A DNA stretch of 64,000 nucleotides from Bacteroidetes bacterium UBA6183 (GCA_002422865.1 DITN01000036.1:8246-72245), one strand, 5' to 3'; positions 19,564 through 28,962 are shown, numbered from the stretch's first letter. Made by a program: numbers and translations. The notes: generated from the sequence alone by a model not told the origin.

Positions 19564-20798
19564 TTTTCGGTGGATTGTTTTGTATTGAACATCATTACCA
19601 AAGCCGATATCGCTAAAAACACAGCCATGATTAAAAATGCCCAAATAATGTTGTTATCAAAATTAAAGAATGGAACAGAAAACAGAAAAATAAATAATGT
19701 GCGTACCAAGATATTGAGCATATTAAAAATACTGTTTACCCTCCCCATTAGGTCATTTGGTATGTGTTTGAACAAATACGTTAAACGCAATACCCTTATG
19801 CCAGCATTAGTAAAACCCAATATTAAACTTACCACATAAATTATAAACACACTTTGTGCGGCAAATGCCCAAATAAAAATAGCAGCAGTAATGGCCGTTA
19901 ACACAATTACAGCCTTTTGTGTTGAGGTTGAGTTGAATACTTTATTTACAAACAGCCCTGCACATAGAGCACCGGCAGCATAAATACCGTCTGCTATAGC
20001 AAACACGCTACCTTCTTTGTGCAAATGTTTATCAACGTATGCTGGTAAAACCGCATGTATTTCAACCAACAACATAGCAAATACACTATAGCTAAACACA
20101 CCAAAAATTAATAATTCAGGATGTTGTTTTAGGTAAGTAAAACCAACTTTTATACGCTCAAGTATTGGTGGCTGATGCGCTGTATGTTGTTTGGGTTGAT
20201 ATTTGATAAAAGAGATCAGCACAGCAGCAATAAAATAAGTTAAAGCATTCAGTAAAAATATCTCCCAAATATGCCATGGCTGTATTACAAATACTTGCTT
20301 AACCAATGGTAACTTAAGCGAAAATCCTTCTAGCATTACTGCCGCAATACCACCCGATAAGACACTGGTGCTTTGCCCTACTATTTCTATATTGGAGTTT
20401 ACCTTGGCATAATCTTCTGCAGTACTAATCTCCTGACCAAAGGCATACAAAGTTGGGTAATGGATATTGTAGTTTAACATGGTAATACCAAACACCGCAA
20501 CCACAAGTGCATCATTTAAGGCATTGTTTGCATAACCAATAATAGCAATTGCTAAAAGCAGGATACCACATATTAAACTATTGCCTAAGAAGTTGGCTTT
20601 TCGGCTGTACTTATCAACCAATGTACCGGCATATAAACCAAAAAACAGCACCGCAATGGTTATCAATCCATAAGCCGTATTAAAATACGTTGTATTATTT
20701 GCAAAATACCATGGAATAGCCAACATACTGATGCCCTGAGCAAAGCCACTAATACCATTTGCGGTAAATAATAAGTTTAATGCTAATTTATTTTTCAC
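19560..20798 (-). CDS. MFS transporter (DHA3/EntS-like)
   Basis: About 12 TM helices, motif A 'GTLVDKYSRK'; GTG 20798 lies 9 nt past a TACATTTG box. Confidence 0.8.
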   Translation of the reverse strand: MKNKLALNLLFTANGISGFAQGISMLAIPWYFANNTTYFNTAYGLITIAVLFFGLYAGTLVDKYSRKANFLGNSLICGILLLAIAIIGYANNALNDALVVAVFGITMLNYNIHYPTLYAFGQEISTAEDYAKVNSNIEIVGQSTSVLSGGIAAVMLEGFSLKLPLVKQVFVIQPWHIWEIFLLNALTYFIAAVLISFIKYQPKQHTAHQPPILERIKVGFTYLKQHPELLIFGVFSYSVFAMLLVEIHAVLPAYVDKHLHKEGSVFAIADGIYAAGALCAGLFVNKVFNSTSTQKAVIVLTAITAAIFIWAFAAQSVFIIYVVSLILGFTNAGIRVLRLTYLFKHIPNDLMGRVNSIFNMLNILVRTLFIFLFSVPFFNFDNNIIWAFLIMAVFLAISALVMMFNTKQSTEK

Positions 20799-20807
20799 TT
20801 GTGCAAG

Positions 20808-20849
20808 CAAATGTAACCTCAAGTATGTTGTATAATATGTTTAATTTTG
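20808..20849. promoter_or_regulatory. Divergent -7 boxes for MFS-murF-alr (TACATTTG, minus, 20808-20815) and recX (TAATTTTG, plus, 20842-20849)
   Basis: Two exact TAnnTTTG matches, each 8-9 nt before a start codon. Confidence 0.6.
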
Positions 20850-20857
20850 AACATTAA

Positions 20858-21337
20858 TTGGAAAAACAAAAACACATAAAGCTCACCCCAAATCAGGCGC
20901 TACTTAAAGCGGCCAATTATTGCGCTTACCAAGAGCGGTGCCACAAAGAAGTGCTAGAAAAATTAGGCGAATGGGGTGTTTGGGGAATTGATGCTCAGGA
21001 GATTTTATTACAGCTGATAGAACAAAATTATTTAAACGAAGAGCGTTTTGCCATAGCATTTGCCGGAGGTAAGTTCAGGGTTAAGCATTGGGGGCGAGTT
21101 AAAATTAAACTCGAACTCAAACAAAAAGATATTTCTGAGTACTGCATCAAAAAAGCGTTAAACGAAATTAGTGATGATGATTACTTCCAAACCCTAAATG
21201 ATCAAATTGAAAAAAAATGGGTCGAAACAAAAGATAAGAACCTGCTGAGCAAACGTGCAAAAGTGGCAAGATATGTTATTGGTAAGGGATTTGAACAAGA
21301 CCTTACATGGAACATACTTCGTAGTAAAAACGACTAA
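20858..21337 (+). CDS. recX: Regulatory protein RecX
   Basis: YCAYQERCHKEV, YLNEERFA, WGRVKI, GKGF. Confidence 0.92.
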   Translation: MEKQKHIKLTPNQALLKAANYCAYQERCHKEVLEKLGEWGVWGIDAQEILLQLIEQNYLNEERFAIAFAGGKFRVKHWGRVKIKLELKQKDISEYCIKKALNEISDDDYFQTLNDQIEKKWVETKDKNLLSKRAKVARYVIGKGFEQDLTWNILRSKND

Positions 21338-21408
21338 CTGCGTTCATAACCAAAAGTAATAGCCACATTTAAAAACTTGGTTACCTTTGCAGCTGTAAAT
21401 AAAAAATT

Positions 21409-21984
21409 ATGACTGATTTAAAAGACTTTTTAGACGTATACAGTGAGGCAACACCTAATCCGGAAACCATGAAATTTGTTTTCAACCGTATGATTTTCCC
21501 GGATCAAACAGCCGATTTCCCAACTGTTGAATCAACCACCTATTCTCCACTTGCAAAAAACCTGTTTGAATTTAGTTTCGTACAAGGTGTATTTATCATG
21601 AATAACTTTATTACCATCACCCGTGTTCCTGGAGTTGAGTGGGAAGAAATTATTCCTATTATGAAAGAGTTTCTAAAATCATACGTAGCAGCCGGTGAAC
21701 CTATTGTTTTGGAGGCACCAAAAGAAACCATCAAGGATTATGGAGATGATAATGTAACAGTTGCTCAGATTAAAGAAATTTTAGACATGTACATTAAACC
21801 CGCTGTAGAGGTTGATGGTGGGCAAATTTCATTTAGAGACTTTGAAAATGGAATTGTTACTGTTGAATTAAGAGGTTCTTGCAGCGGATGTCCTTCATCA
21901 ACTGTTACGTTAAAACGTGGCATAGAAGGTATGTTAACCAGAATGGTACCTTCTGTTAAAGAAGTAGTAGCTCACTCTCTTTAG
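21409..21984 (+). CDS. nfuA: NifU/NfuA-family Fe-S carrier
   Basis: EATPNPETMKF N-domain; DGG...GSCSGCPSS; TACCTTTG box at 21382-21389. Confidence 0.9.
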   Translation: MTDLKDFLDVYSEATPNPETMKFVFNRMIFPDQTADFPTVESTTYSPLAKNLFEFSFVQGVFIMNNFITITRVPGVEWEEIIPIMKEFLKSYVAAGEPIVLEAPKETIKDYGDDNVTVAQIKEILDMYIKPAVEVDGGQISFRDFENGIVTVELRGSCSGCPSSTVTLKRGIEGMLTRMVPSVKEVVAHSL

Positions 21985-22003
21985 TTTTTTGATTTTATTG
22001 CAT

Positions 22004-22035
22004 AAAAAAACGCCTCGCAAATGCGAGGCGTTTTT
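22004..22035. terminator. Bidirectional intrinsic terminator
   Basis: AAAAAAACGCCTCGCA-AA-TGCGAGGCGTTTTT between convergent genes. Confidence 0.9.
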
Positions 22036-22060
22036 ATTTATAAATATTGCTCTCAATTAA

Positions 22061-24160
22061 TTACTTGGCGATAACTAATTTTTGAGTTGAAGTTTGACCG
22101 TCTGTAGTAATCGCTACAAAGTATACACCAGCTTCTAAGTTAGCAACATCAACTTGTGTGTTGTTAAATTCTACCAACTGATTTGCAACTACTTCTTTAC
22201 CGCTTATGTCGAATACGCGAACATAACCGTGACGACCTGCATTTGGAGAGGCAATTGAGAAAGATGTAGAAGCAGGATTTGGATAAACCGCAGCCTTAAC
22301 ACTGTTTTCGTTTTCGCCTAAACCAATAGCATAGTATGCTGTTCTTTCTGCACTAGCAGATTGAATTACATTTTTGGTTACTTTATTTTGTACAAATACA
22401 ATAACTTCTAAATCATCGAACTCTTCAACAGAATGCTCTGTAGCCAAGTTAATTGGACTTTGACCATTAGGTGCTAAACGGTAGTTACCTGGGAACTCGT
22501 ATGCCAAAGTGAATGATTTCTCAACACCTAAAGCTAAACCTCCTGTAAGTACAGTACCATTTTGGCTAGGTACCATCTTTTTCATTACATGAAGAAACTC
22601 TCTTTCGCCATTCGATTTTAGATTATCTGTAGTTTTACCTTCAATAATTGCTACATGTAGCACATTGTTATCACCGGTAATGTTAACTGCTGATTTTAAT
22701 TTAATATCAGCTGTAACTGTTTTTCCAAAAACTTTGTAAGTAGCATCAATTTCAATTTCAGAAGGAACTGCTTGGAACTGGTTAAATATCGCGTTAGTGA
22801 AAGATGATGCATTTTGGTCCCATTTACCATCAACTTCCATTCTAGGAATTGAATTGATTGCATAATAATTTCTTCTAGCTACACTCTCTGTGGTTGAATA
22901 TGGATCACCTGTACCAGGAAAATCTTGTTGATATTTAATAGATGTAAATAAGTTTTTATCTCTAGCTGCAACTACACTTTTGTAATTTGCATTACCTGGA
23001 GCACAAGGACCACAAGTTGAAGATGAGAAAATTTCATGTAGTGATTTACGTAGGTTTTCTGCAATAATGACATATTTGGTCAAAGCATCGTTTGATGTAA
23101 CTTCATCCGCACCACCATTAATATTGGTAGCCCATACTTTTAACATTTTTGAACCATCCGCATTACTCACTAATGGGGTTGGGTGAGTGAATTCATAAGA
23201 ACCTCCACTTGCAGCAATGTTTAATCCTGTTAGATTGGCTGATACTACTGCTTCTGTTTCGAATTGGTAGTTAATTGTTAATGAAGTAACAGTCTCGCTA
23301 CCCAAGTTTCTTAAACTACCATAAATTTTTGTTGGTTTGTTTAAACCAAGTGCTTCGTTATTTACTAGGAAAACTGATAAATCTTTCGCTGGTTGAGCAC
23401 CACTGAAAAACTCATAATATTTGTTATCGGAAGCGTCAAACAAATTGGTTTGGAAATTATTAGCACCCACGTTTGGTGATCCGGCAACATTGTACGCTGT
23501 AGTACTGTTTATCTGCATACCAGCTGATATCTTTACATTATTACCACAAATTCCAGTTGCAGAAGTACAAAGCGTTTTCATGTCAACAATGTAAAATTTA
23601 TTGGAGGTCTCCTCCAGTACAACTGCCCAATATGTCCAACCTGTAGAAATGTTAGGCTCAGAGAACATGTTATATTGAATCCAAAATTGTCTATTTGGTG
23701 ATGTACCTATTGTTTTAGTAATAATTGAACTATTATAAGTTGTAGTACCACTAACCCAACTTGATGGCTTTACACCCAAAACATTTATTGAGTTATCAGG
23801 CACTGCAGCGCTTGGTAATGTTGTATTACCATAAGCAGGAAGTACAGTTGATGCTGTATCAAACGTAACACTACCAGAGTTTGAGGCCTTAAAATGTGTG
23901 TAAGCATTCCCATTGAATGTAAAAGAGAAAGGTAATTGAGTAGATGCAGTGTATGTCGCAGCTGCTGTTCCGTTACCTGTCCAAAGTGATACCCAACCAT
24001 TTGATAATGGTCCACCTGTTGCAGTGGCAGGATTCTCGCCTTCAGCATTTAATCCTTTCGGATTTCCGCCTGCAATACCTAATGCGTAGTATTGAGCATT
24101 GGCATTGTTCGCAAAAAGAAGCAATGCTCCCGTTGCTAATGATAGTAATTGTTTTTTCAT
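22061..24160 (-). CDS. T9SS-secreted protein with Omp28-like CxxC domain
   Basis: SpI ANA-Q; HEIFSSSTCGPC; LHVMKKMVP; CTD VYPNPA...LEAGVYFV...KLVI. Confidence 0.85.
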   Translation of the reverse strand: MKKQLLSLATGALLLFANNANAQYYALGIAGGNPKGLNAEGENPATATGGPLSNGWVSLWTGNGTAAATYTASTQLPFSFTFNGNAYTHFKASNSGSVTFDTASTVLPAYGNTTLPSAAVPDNSINVLGVKPSSWVSGTTTYNSSIITKTIGTSPNRQFWIQYNMFSEPNISTGWTYWAVVLEETSNKFYIVDMKTLCTSATGICGNNVKISAGMQINSTTAYNVAGSPNVGANNFQTNLFDASDNKYYEFFSGAQPAKDLSVFLVNNEALGLNKPTKIYGSLRNLGSETVTSLTINYQFETEAVVSANLTGLNIAASGGSYEFTHPTPLVSNADGSKMLKVWATNINGGADEVTSNDALTKYVIIAENLRKSLHEIFSSSTCGPCAPGNANYKSVVAARDKNLFTSIKYQQDFPGTGDPYSTTESVARRNYYAINSIPRMEVDGKWDQNASSFTNAIFNQFQAVPSEIEIDATYKVFGKTVTADIKLKSAVNITGDNNVLHVAIIEGKTTDNLKSNGEREFLHVMKKMVPSQNGTVLTGGLALGVEKSFTLAYEFPGNYRLAPNGQSPINLATEHSVEEFDDLEVIVFVQNKVTKNVIQSASAERTAYYAIGLGENENSVKAAVYPNPASTSFSIASPNAGRHGYVRVFDISGKEVVANQLVEFNNTQVDVANLEAGVYFVAITTDGQTSTQKLVIAK

Positions 24161-24320
24161 AATATGTGTTTAAATGATTTGATTTCTAGTATGCATATTT
24201 AGTGATTAATTTAGCAAAAGGCAACAAATAATTTACTCAACTAATAAAAAGAGAATATTAAGTTTAAATAGCTTGAATAAGTGGCATTAAAATTGTTATT
24301 TCGTAGTATAAAATTTTACC

Positions 24321-25007
24321 ATGAAAAAACTTGTATACATACTTGGACTAATTTTTACAATAGGTAGTGCTTCTGCCCAAATGTCCTTTAACAACAAAAA
24401 TGTGAGTGTGAGTGGATGGGGGAGCGATTTAGAACCTAAAGACGCACAATGTGTAATGACCAACAATTCATCAACTTCAGCCGACTCTATGATTAATTGG
24501 TCGATTGTAACTTTTGATATTCCAAGTGGATGGCAGTTTGATTTCTGTGACCCATATGATTGCATTGTGAACCTTGGTTTAGGCTTTTCCAGCACTTTTA
24601 AACTTAAAGTTGGTGCGTCAGGGCCGTTAAAGGGACAATTTTACACTAAAGGAAATGCAGGAAACGCAACAATCAAAATCCGTTTAGCTTATGCCAACGG
24701 ATCGCATGATGCAGATACCATTACTTTGATGGCTAAAGGTTGGGCAACCGGTTTAAGCAACCTAAAAAAACAAAGTGAAGTTACTTTCTTCCCTAATCCT
24801 GCAAAAGACTTGATTACTTTAAAATACCCAACAACTAAAGCAATTGATGTAACTGTTTACAACGTTTTAGGTGCAAAAGTAAAATCATTTACACACAGTA
24901 GTAATGAAACATCGCTAAACATTAGTGATTTGGAAAAAGGATTATACTTCATTAGGTTTAATGATAACGGAAACATAGTCTCTAAATCATTCACTAAATC
25001 TGAATAA
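24321..25007 (+). CDS. Small T9SS-secreted protein (Ig-like domain + type A CTD)
   Basis: SpI ASA-Q; CTD FFPNPA...LEKGLYFI...SFTK. Confidence 0.85.
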   Translation: MKKLVYILGLIFTIGSASAQMSFNNKNVSVSGWGSDLEPKDAQCVMTNNSSTSADSMINWSIVTFDIPSGWQFDFCDPYDCIVNLGLGFSSTFKLKVGASGPLKGQFYTKGNAGNATIKIRLAYANGSHDADTITLMAKGWATGLSNLKKQSEVTFFPNPAKDLITLKYPTTKAIDVTVYNVLGAKVKSFTHSSNETSLNISDLEKGLYFIRFNDNGNIVSKSFTKSE

Positions 25008-25025
25008 CTATCTACTAAAAAATAC

Positions 25026-25050
25026 AAAGCCGCTTTGGGCGGCTTTTTTT
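25026..25050 (+). terminator. Intrinsic terminator
   Basis: AAAGCCGC-TTTGG-GCGGCTTTTTTT. Confidence 0.85.
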
Positions 25051-25077
25051 ATGCCCTTAACTTAAATAGCAGGCAAT

Positions 25078-25107
25078 AAAAAAAGCCCTTCCAGATAGAA
25101 GGGCTTT
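25078..25107 (-). terminator. Intrinsic terminator of tRNA-Cys
   Basis: AAAGCCCTT/AAGGGCTTT stem followed by a T-run on the minus strand. Confidence 0.85.
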
Positions 25108-25180
25108 GGAGGTATTGAGCGGATTCGAACCGCTGTAGCAGCTTTTGCAGAGCTGAGCCTAGCCTCTCGGCCACAATACC
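25107..25180 (-). tRNA. tRNA-Cys (GCA), CCA encoded
   Basis: Acceptor GGTATTG/CAATACC, anticodon arm CAGCT-CTGCAAA-AGCTG, T arm AGCGG-TTCGAAT-CCGCT, discriminator U, then CCA. Confidence 0.97.
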
Positions 25181-25192
25181 ATTTACAGTTGG

Positions 25193-25200
25193 CAAATATA
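25193..25200 (-). promoter_or_regulatory. -7 box (TATATTTG) for tRNA-Cys
   Basis: Exact TAnnTTTG 12 nt upstream of the mature tRNA 5' end. Confidence 0.7.
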
Positions 25201-25312
25201 CACATTATTATAACTACACAAATTTAAACTTGAAGAATTTCTCCAATTTTAGTTTAAATTATGAGTATAAACGAATTACTTTGCATCAATCAATCTAATC
25301 ATCATTACAAAA

Positions 25313-25813
25313 ATGAAAAAAGTACTTTATTTAGCGTTAGCCTCTCTTGCATTTGCATGCGGACAAAGCAACAATCAAACAGGCGCTCAAACCGACAGCA
25401 CCGTTACGGAACAAACTGTTGCTAAAACAGAAAATTTTGGTGATCCAATAACTGCTGATAGCGCAATATCTATCGAGGAAATGAAAACTTTAATGGGTGA
25501 CAAAAAAGAATTAGCAGTTAAAGTTACTGCCCCTGTTGATGCCGTTTGCCAGAAAAAAGGTTGCTGGATGGAATTAAAAGCCGCAGACGGAACCACTATG
25601 CGTGTTACCTTTAAAGATTACGGTTTTTTTGTACCCAAAGATTGTAATGGCAAAACTGCTACTGTTTTGGGTGTAGCTAAAGTAGAAGAAACATCAATAG
25701 CCGATTTAAAAGAATATGCTAAAGATGATGGACAAGGTGAAGCAGAGATTGCAGCTATTACTGAGCCTAAAAAAGAGTTAGTATTTGAAGCAAGTGGTGT
25801 AATCTTACAATAA
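25313..25813 (+). CDS. DUF4920 lipoprotein
   Basis: Lipobox AFAC; VCQKKGCWM; FKDYGFFVPKD. Confidence 0.85.
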   Translation: MKKVLYLALASLAFACGQSNNQTGAQTDSTVTEQTVAKTENFGDPITADSAISIEEMKTLMGDKKELAVKVTAPVDAVCQKKGCWMELKAADGTTMRVTFKDYGFFVPKDCNGKTATVLGVAKVEETSIADLKEYAKDDGQGEAEIAAITEPKKELVFEASGVILQ

Positions 25814-26316
25814 TGAATGTTAAAACCACCCTTACAACACTTTGTTTATTGATAGCTTTTGTGGTGGCGTTTGTTGCTTGCAATGAGACCAAAACTTCTC
25901 CAAAACAAGAAGCATCTGTAACAGCAGACTCAGCGTTAAACGATTCTGCAGCATCGTGTGATGCTCCTTCCTCTACCCGTTATCCAAACCAAGACAAGCC
26001 TATGGCTTTGATGATGCGCCAAATGGCAGATAATGCTCAGAAAATGAAAAATAAATTGGAAGCAGGAGAAAAAATTGATGCAGGAACATTTCCATTTATT
26101 CGTTTTCATTTGGTAGAACCAACAGACCCAAATGTGTTGCAACCTCAGTTTTATGAAAATGCACGTGTGTTTCAAGTAGCTCATAAAGCATTGGTAAATG
26201 CACCGTTAGAAAAACAAAAAGAAATGTACACCGCATATATTAATCAGTGCATTAATTGTCACCAAACGTATTGCAGTGGACCATTGAAAAGAATTAGAAA
26301 ATTAGTATTAAACTAA
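25813..26316 (+). CDS. Lipoprotein, monoheme c-type cytochrome-like (C-terminal CxxCH)
   Basis: Lipobox FVAC; helical body; CINCH near the C-terminus; TAATG overlap with the DUF4920 gene. Confidence 0.65.
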   Translation: MNVKTTLTTLCLLIAFVVAFVACNETKTSPKQEASVTADSALNDSAASCDAPSSTRYPNQDKPMALMMRQMADNAQKMKNKLEAGEKIDAGTFPFIRFHLVEPTDPNVLQPQFYENARVFQVAHKALVNAPLEKQKEMYTAYINQCINCHQTYCSGPLKRIRKLVLN

Positions 26317-26336
26317 ACACTAAAACATCAAACAAT

Positions 26337-26374
26337 AAAAAATCCCCACTAACTTAAGTCAGTGGGGATTTTTT
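26337..26374. terminator. Bidirectional intrinsic terminator
   Basis: AAAAAATCCCCACT..AGTGGGGATTTTTT. Confidence 0.9.
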
Positions 26375-26392
26375 GTTTAATATCTACTTCTG

Positions 26393-27370
26393 TTATCTAT
26401 ACATTACGGATTTAACAGCCTTAACCACCTTGTCAACACTAGGTAAAAAAGCCTGCACAAAAGTTGGGGCATAACCTAAAGGTGTATCTTCCGTTGTAAC
26501 ACGTCTGATAGGAGCATCCAAGTAATCAAATGCATTTTTTTGCACCATGTAAGTAATTTCACTGCTAATACTAGCCAATGGCCAAGCCTCTTCAACTATT
26601 ACTAGGCGATTGGTTTTCTTTACCGATTCAACAACGGTATCATAATCTATCGGACGAACAGTACGTAAGTCAATCACCTCAACACTAATTCCATCTTTAG
26701 CTAACTCTTCAGCAGCTTGATAAACAACTTTAATAATTTTACCAAAGCTTACGATTGTTACATCTGTTCCTTCACGTTTTATATCCGCTTTCCCAATTGG
26801 TAAATAATATTCTTCCTCCGGTACTTCTCCTTTATCACCATACATCTGCTCACTTTCCATAAAAATAACAGGGTCGTTATCCAATATGGCCGATTTTAAT
26901 AAACCTTTTGCATCATAAGGATTTGATGGCACAACCACTTTTAAACCCGGGCAGTTTGCGTACCAATTTTCAAAAGCTTGAGAGTGTTGCGCACCTAATT
27001 GGCCCGCTGAGCCTGTTGGACCACGAAAAACCATTGGGATATTAAATTGGCCGCCACTCATTTGGTACATTTTAGCAGCTGCATTAATCACTTGATCTAT
27101 CGCTACCAAACTAAAATTAAAAGTCATGAACTCAACGATCGGCCTCAAGCCATTCATTGCAGCACCAACACCAATACCTGCAAAACCTAATTCTGCTATT
27201 GGTGTATCTATAATTCTTTTCGCACCAAATTCTTCAAGCATACCTTGACTAACTTTATAGGCACCATTGTACTCGGCTACTTCTTCACCCAATAAAAAAA
27301 TATTAGGGTCTTTGCGCATTTCTTCGCTTAATGCTTCGCGCAAAGCTTCTCTAAATTGAATTGATCTCAT
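26393..27370 (-). CDS. pdhB: Pyruvate dehydrogenase E1 beta subunit
   Basis: GEEVAEYNGAYKVSQG, DTPIAE, GAQHSQ, VIDLRTVRP. Confidence 0.93.
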   Translation of the reverse strand: MRSIQFREALREALSEEMRKDPNIFLLGEEVAEYNGAYKVSQGMLEEFGAKRIIDTPIAELGFAGIGVGAAMNGLRPIVEFMTFNFSLVAIDQVINAAAKMYQMSGGQFNIPMVFRGPTGSAGQLGAQHSQAFENWYANCPGLKVVVPSNPYDAKGLLKSAILDNDPVIFMESEQMYGDKGEVPEEEYYLPIGKADIKREGTDVTIVSFGKIIKVVYQAAEELAKDGISVEVIDLRTVRPIDYDTVVESVKKTNRLVIVEEAWPLASISSEITYMVQKNAFDYLDAPIRRVTTEDTPLGYAPTFVQAFLPSVDKVVKAVKSVMYR

Positions 27371-27513
27371 TGCGTTTTATTTCCTGCAAAAATATAAGGT
27401 TTATTAAGCTTTCAAAACGTTTAAATTTTATAATCTTAGGTTTATTTTTTGAGGCCAGTATTACCTGGCGCACAATTAATTACCTAAAAAAAAGTTCCTT
27501 ACCCTTAACTGTT

Positions 27514-28194
27514 TTAAAATGCTATGGATAGTTTAACCTCCAATTGGTTTGATTTTAAGGACATTGATAACGGAATTTCGAGAAAGGTACATAGCGTTTT
27601 TACCGTCCAAAGACCGGGTTGGTCAGGCATGTTATTGATGTTAGGTATATCGGAGTTATTTACAAAATCAATGGTCTCTTCAGATGGAATTTCTGAACAC
27701 ACATTGGTCAAGGTTAACTGAATGGTATTATTAGAACCTTTTGTAAGATTTACGAGCACATACTCACCAACAGGAGTAAATTCTATAATGTTTAATAGCA
27801 GGTTTTTTAAAATGCTTTGTAACATTACTTTATCTGCTTTTACCATAACATTGTCGTTCAGCTCTAACATTAAATCAAGATGTTGTTTTTCAACTTCATT
27901 GCTAAAGTAATTAAGCTCATCTTTTATCAAATCGGCCAAATCTACATTTTGCGGAACAGGGGTAATGTTTTCGGTATAAAACTTAAGCCACCAAGCGAGG
28001 TTCTCGCTGCGCAACAAAGCTTTTTTTGAAAGTTGATGAACGATTTGTATGTAGCTTTTTTTGTCGTCATCTACCAATTTATCAAAATGATTGGCCAATA
28101 GGTCGGAAAACCCAATAATACCATTAAAAGGATTACGCACATGGTGCGTTAACCGTGATAGCAATTGTTTATCTACAGTGGCCATTGAGTTCAT
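27514..28194 (-). CDS. Sensor-less HisKA + degenerate HATPase protein (pseudokinase)
   Basis: H-box THHVRNP and N-box KNLLLNIIEFT present; no DxGxG or GxGLG; no TM or sensor domain. Confidence 0.75.
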   Translation of the reverse strand: MNSMATVDKQLLSRLTHHVRNPFNGIIGFSDLLANHFDKLVDDDKKSYIQIVHQLSKKALLRSENLAWWLKFYTENITPVPQNVDLADLIKDELNYFSNEVEKQHLDLMLELNDNVMVKADKVMLQSILKNLLLNIIEFTPVGEYVLVNLTKGSNNTIQLTLTNVCSEIPSEETIDFVNNSDIPNINNMPDQPGLWTVKTLCTFLEIPLSMSLKSNQLEVKLSIAF

Positions 28195-28962
28195 TTAAAG
28201 CGTTGATGTTAGCTTAAATTTATTTTTGATAATTGAAAAATAGTTTCGGCTAACCTCGAACGGTTGGTCGACTCCCTTTAGATATAAAATGCCCGTGTCA
28301 TAAGTGCCTCTTTCAATTTTTAATACATTATGCAGGTTTACTATGGTTGATCTGTGCACGCGGAAAAAATCATCTTGAGGCAGTTTATCTTCCCAAAGTT
28401 TAATTAATCCATACGTAGTAAAAGAGGTACCATCATTAAGCGCAACATAGGTATAATTTCCCTTTGCCTCTATAAAATTAATATCTTTAATTTTAATGAA
28501 TTTCATCTCGTTATCAATATTCATTAAAACCATGTTATCTATACCAAACTTTGATGAGTGTTTAGCCGGCTTTTCTTCAAAATCAGCATCCTCAGCATCT
28601 TCAAACACATCCAAACGACTAAGCGCCTTTTTCAACCTATCGAAGCTAATTGGCTTAACTATGTAATCTATAGTATTATATTCAAATGCTTTAACGGCAA
28701 AATCAGGAAATGCTGTAATAAATAACACCTTGGTTTTAGGACCAACATATTTGATTAAATCCAATGCATTCGCCCCTTTTAAATCAATATCCATAAATAC
28801 CAAGTCTACCTTGGGATTACTTTTGATTAAAGACTCAGCATCTTTTATGTTAGATGCTTCACCCAGAAGTTCGATGTATGAAAAATCTTTTAAAAACTCT
28901 TTCAGAAGCGTTACCGATGAGGCGTCATCTTCAATGATTAAGGCATTAATAGTAGTTACCAT
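28195..28962 (-). CDS. LytTR-family response regulator (copy 1)
   Basis: Receiver EDD..FMDID..ITA..VKP; LytTR FFRVHRSTIVNL..VSR; ATG 28962 preferred. Confidence 0.92.
   Translation of the reverse strand: MVTTINALIIEDDASSVTLLKEFLKDFSYIELLGEASNIKDAESLIKSNPKVDLVFMDIDLKGANALDLIKYVGPKTKVLFITAFPDFAVKAFEYNTIDYIVKPISFDRLKKALSRLDVFEDAEDADFEEKPAKHSSKFGIDNMVLMNIDNEMKFIKIKDINFIEAKGNYTYVALNDGTSFTTYGLIKLWEDKLPQDDFFRVHRSTIVNLHNVLKIERGTYDTGILYLKGVDQPFEVSRNYFSIIKNKFKLTSTL

Noticed and set aside
17086-19644. murF-alr fusion as a novelty, and the 27-aa N-terminal extension in the ORF track
   Set aside because: The fusion is well known in Bacteroidota; the extension overlaps the MFS gene and the ATGA junction marks the real start
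25107-25180. tRNA-Cys as a possible island integration site
   Set aside because: No integrase and no duplicated tRNA 3' end seen; a terminator follows immediately
28192-28197. In-frame TAA-ATG junction suggesting stop readthrough to a LytTR-HisKA fusion
   Set aside because: TAA is a poor readthrough codon and LytTR domains are normally C-terminal; translational coupling is simpler
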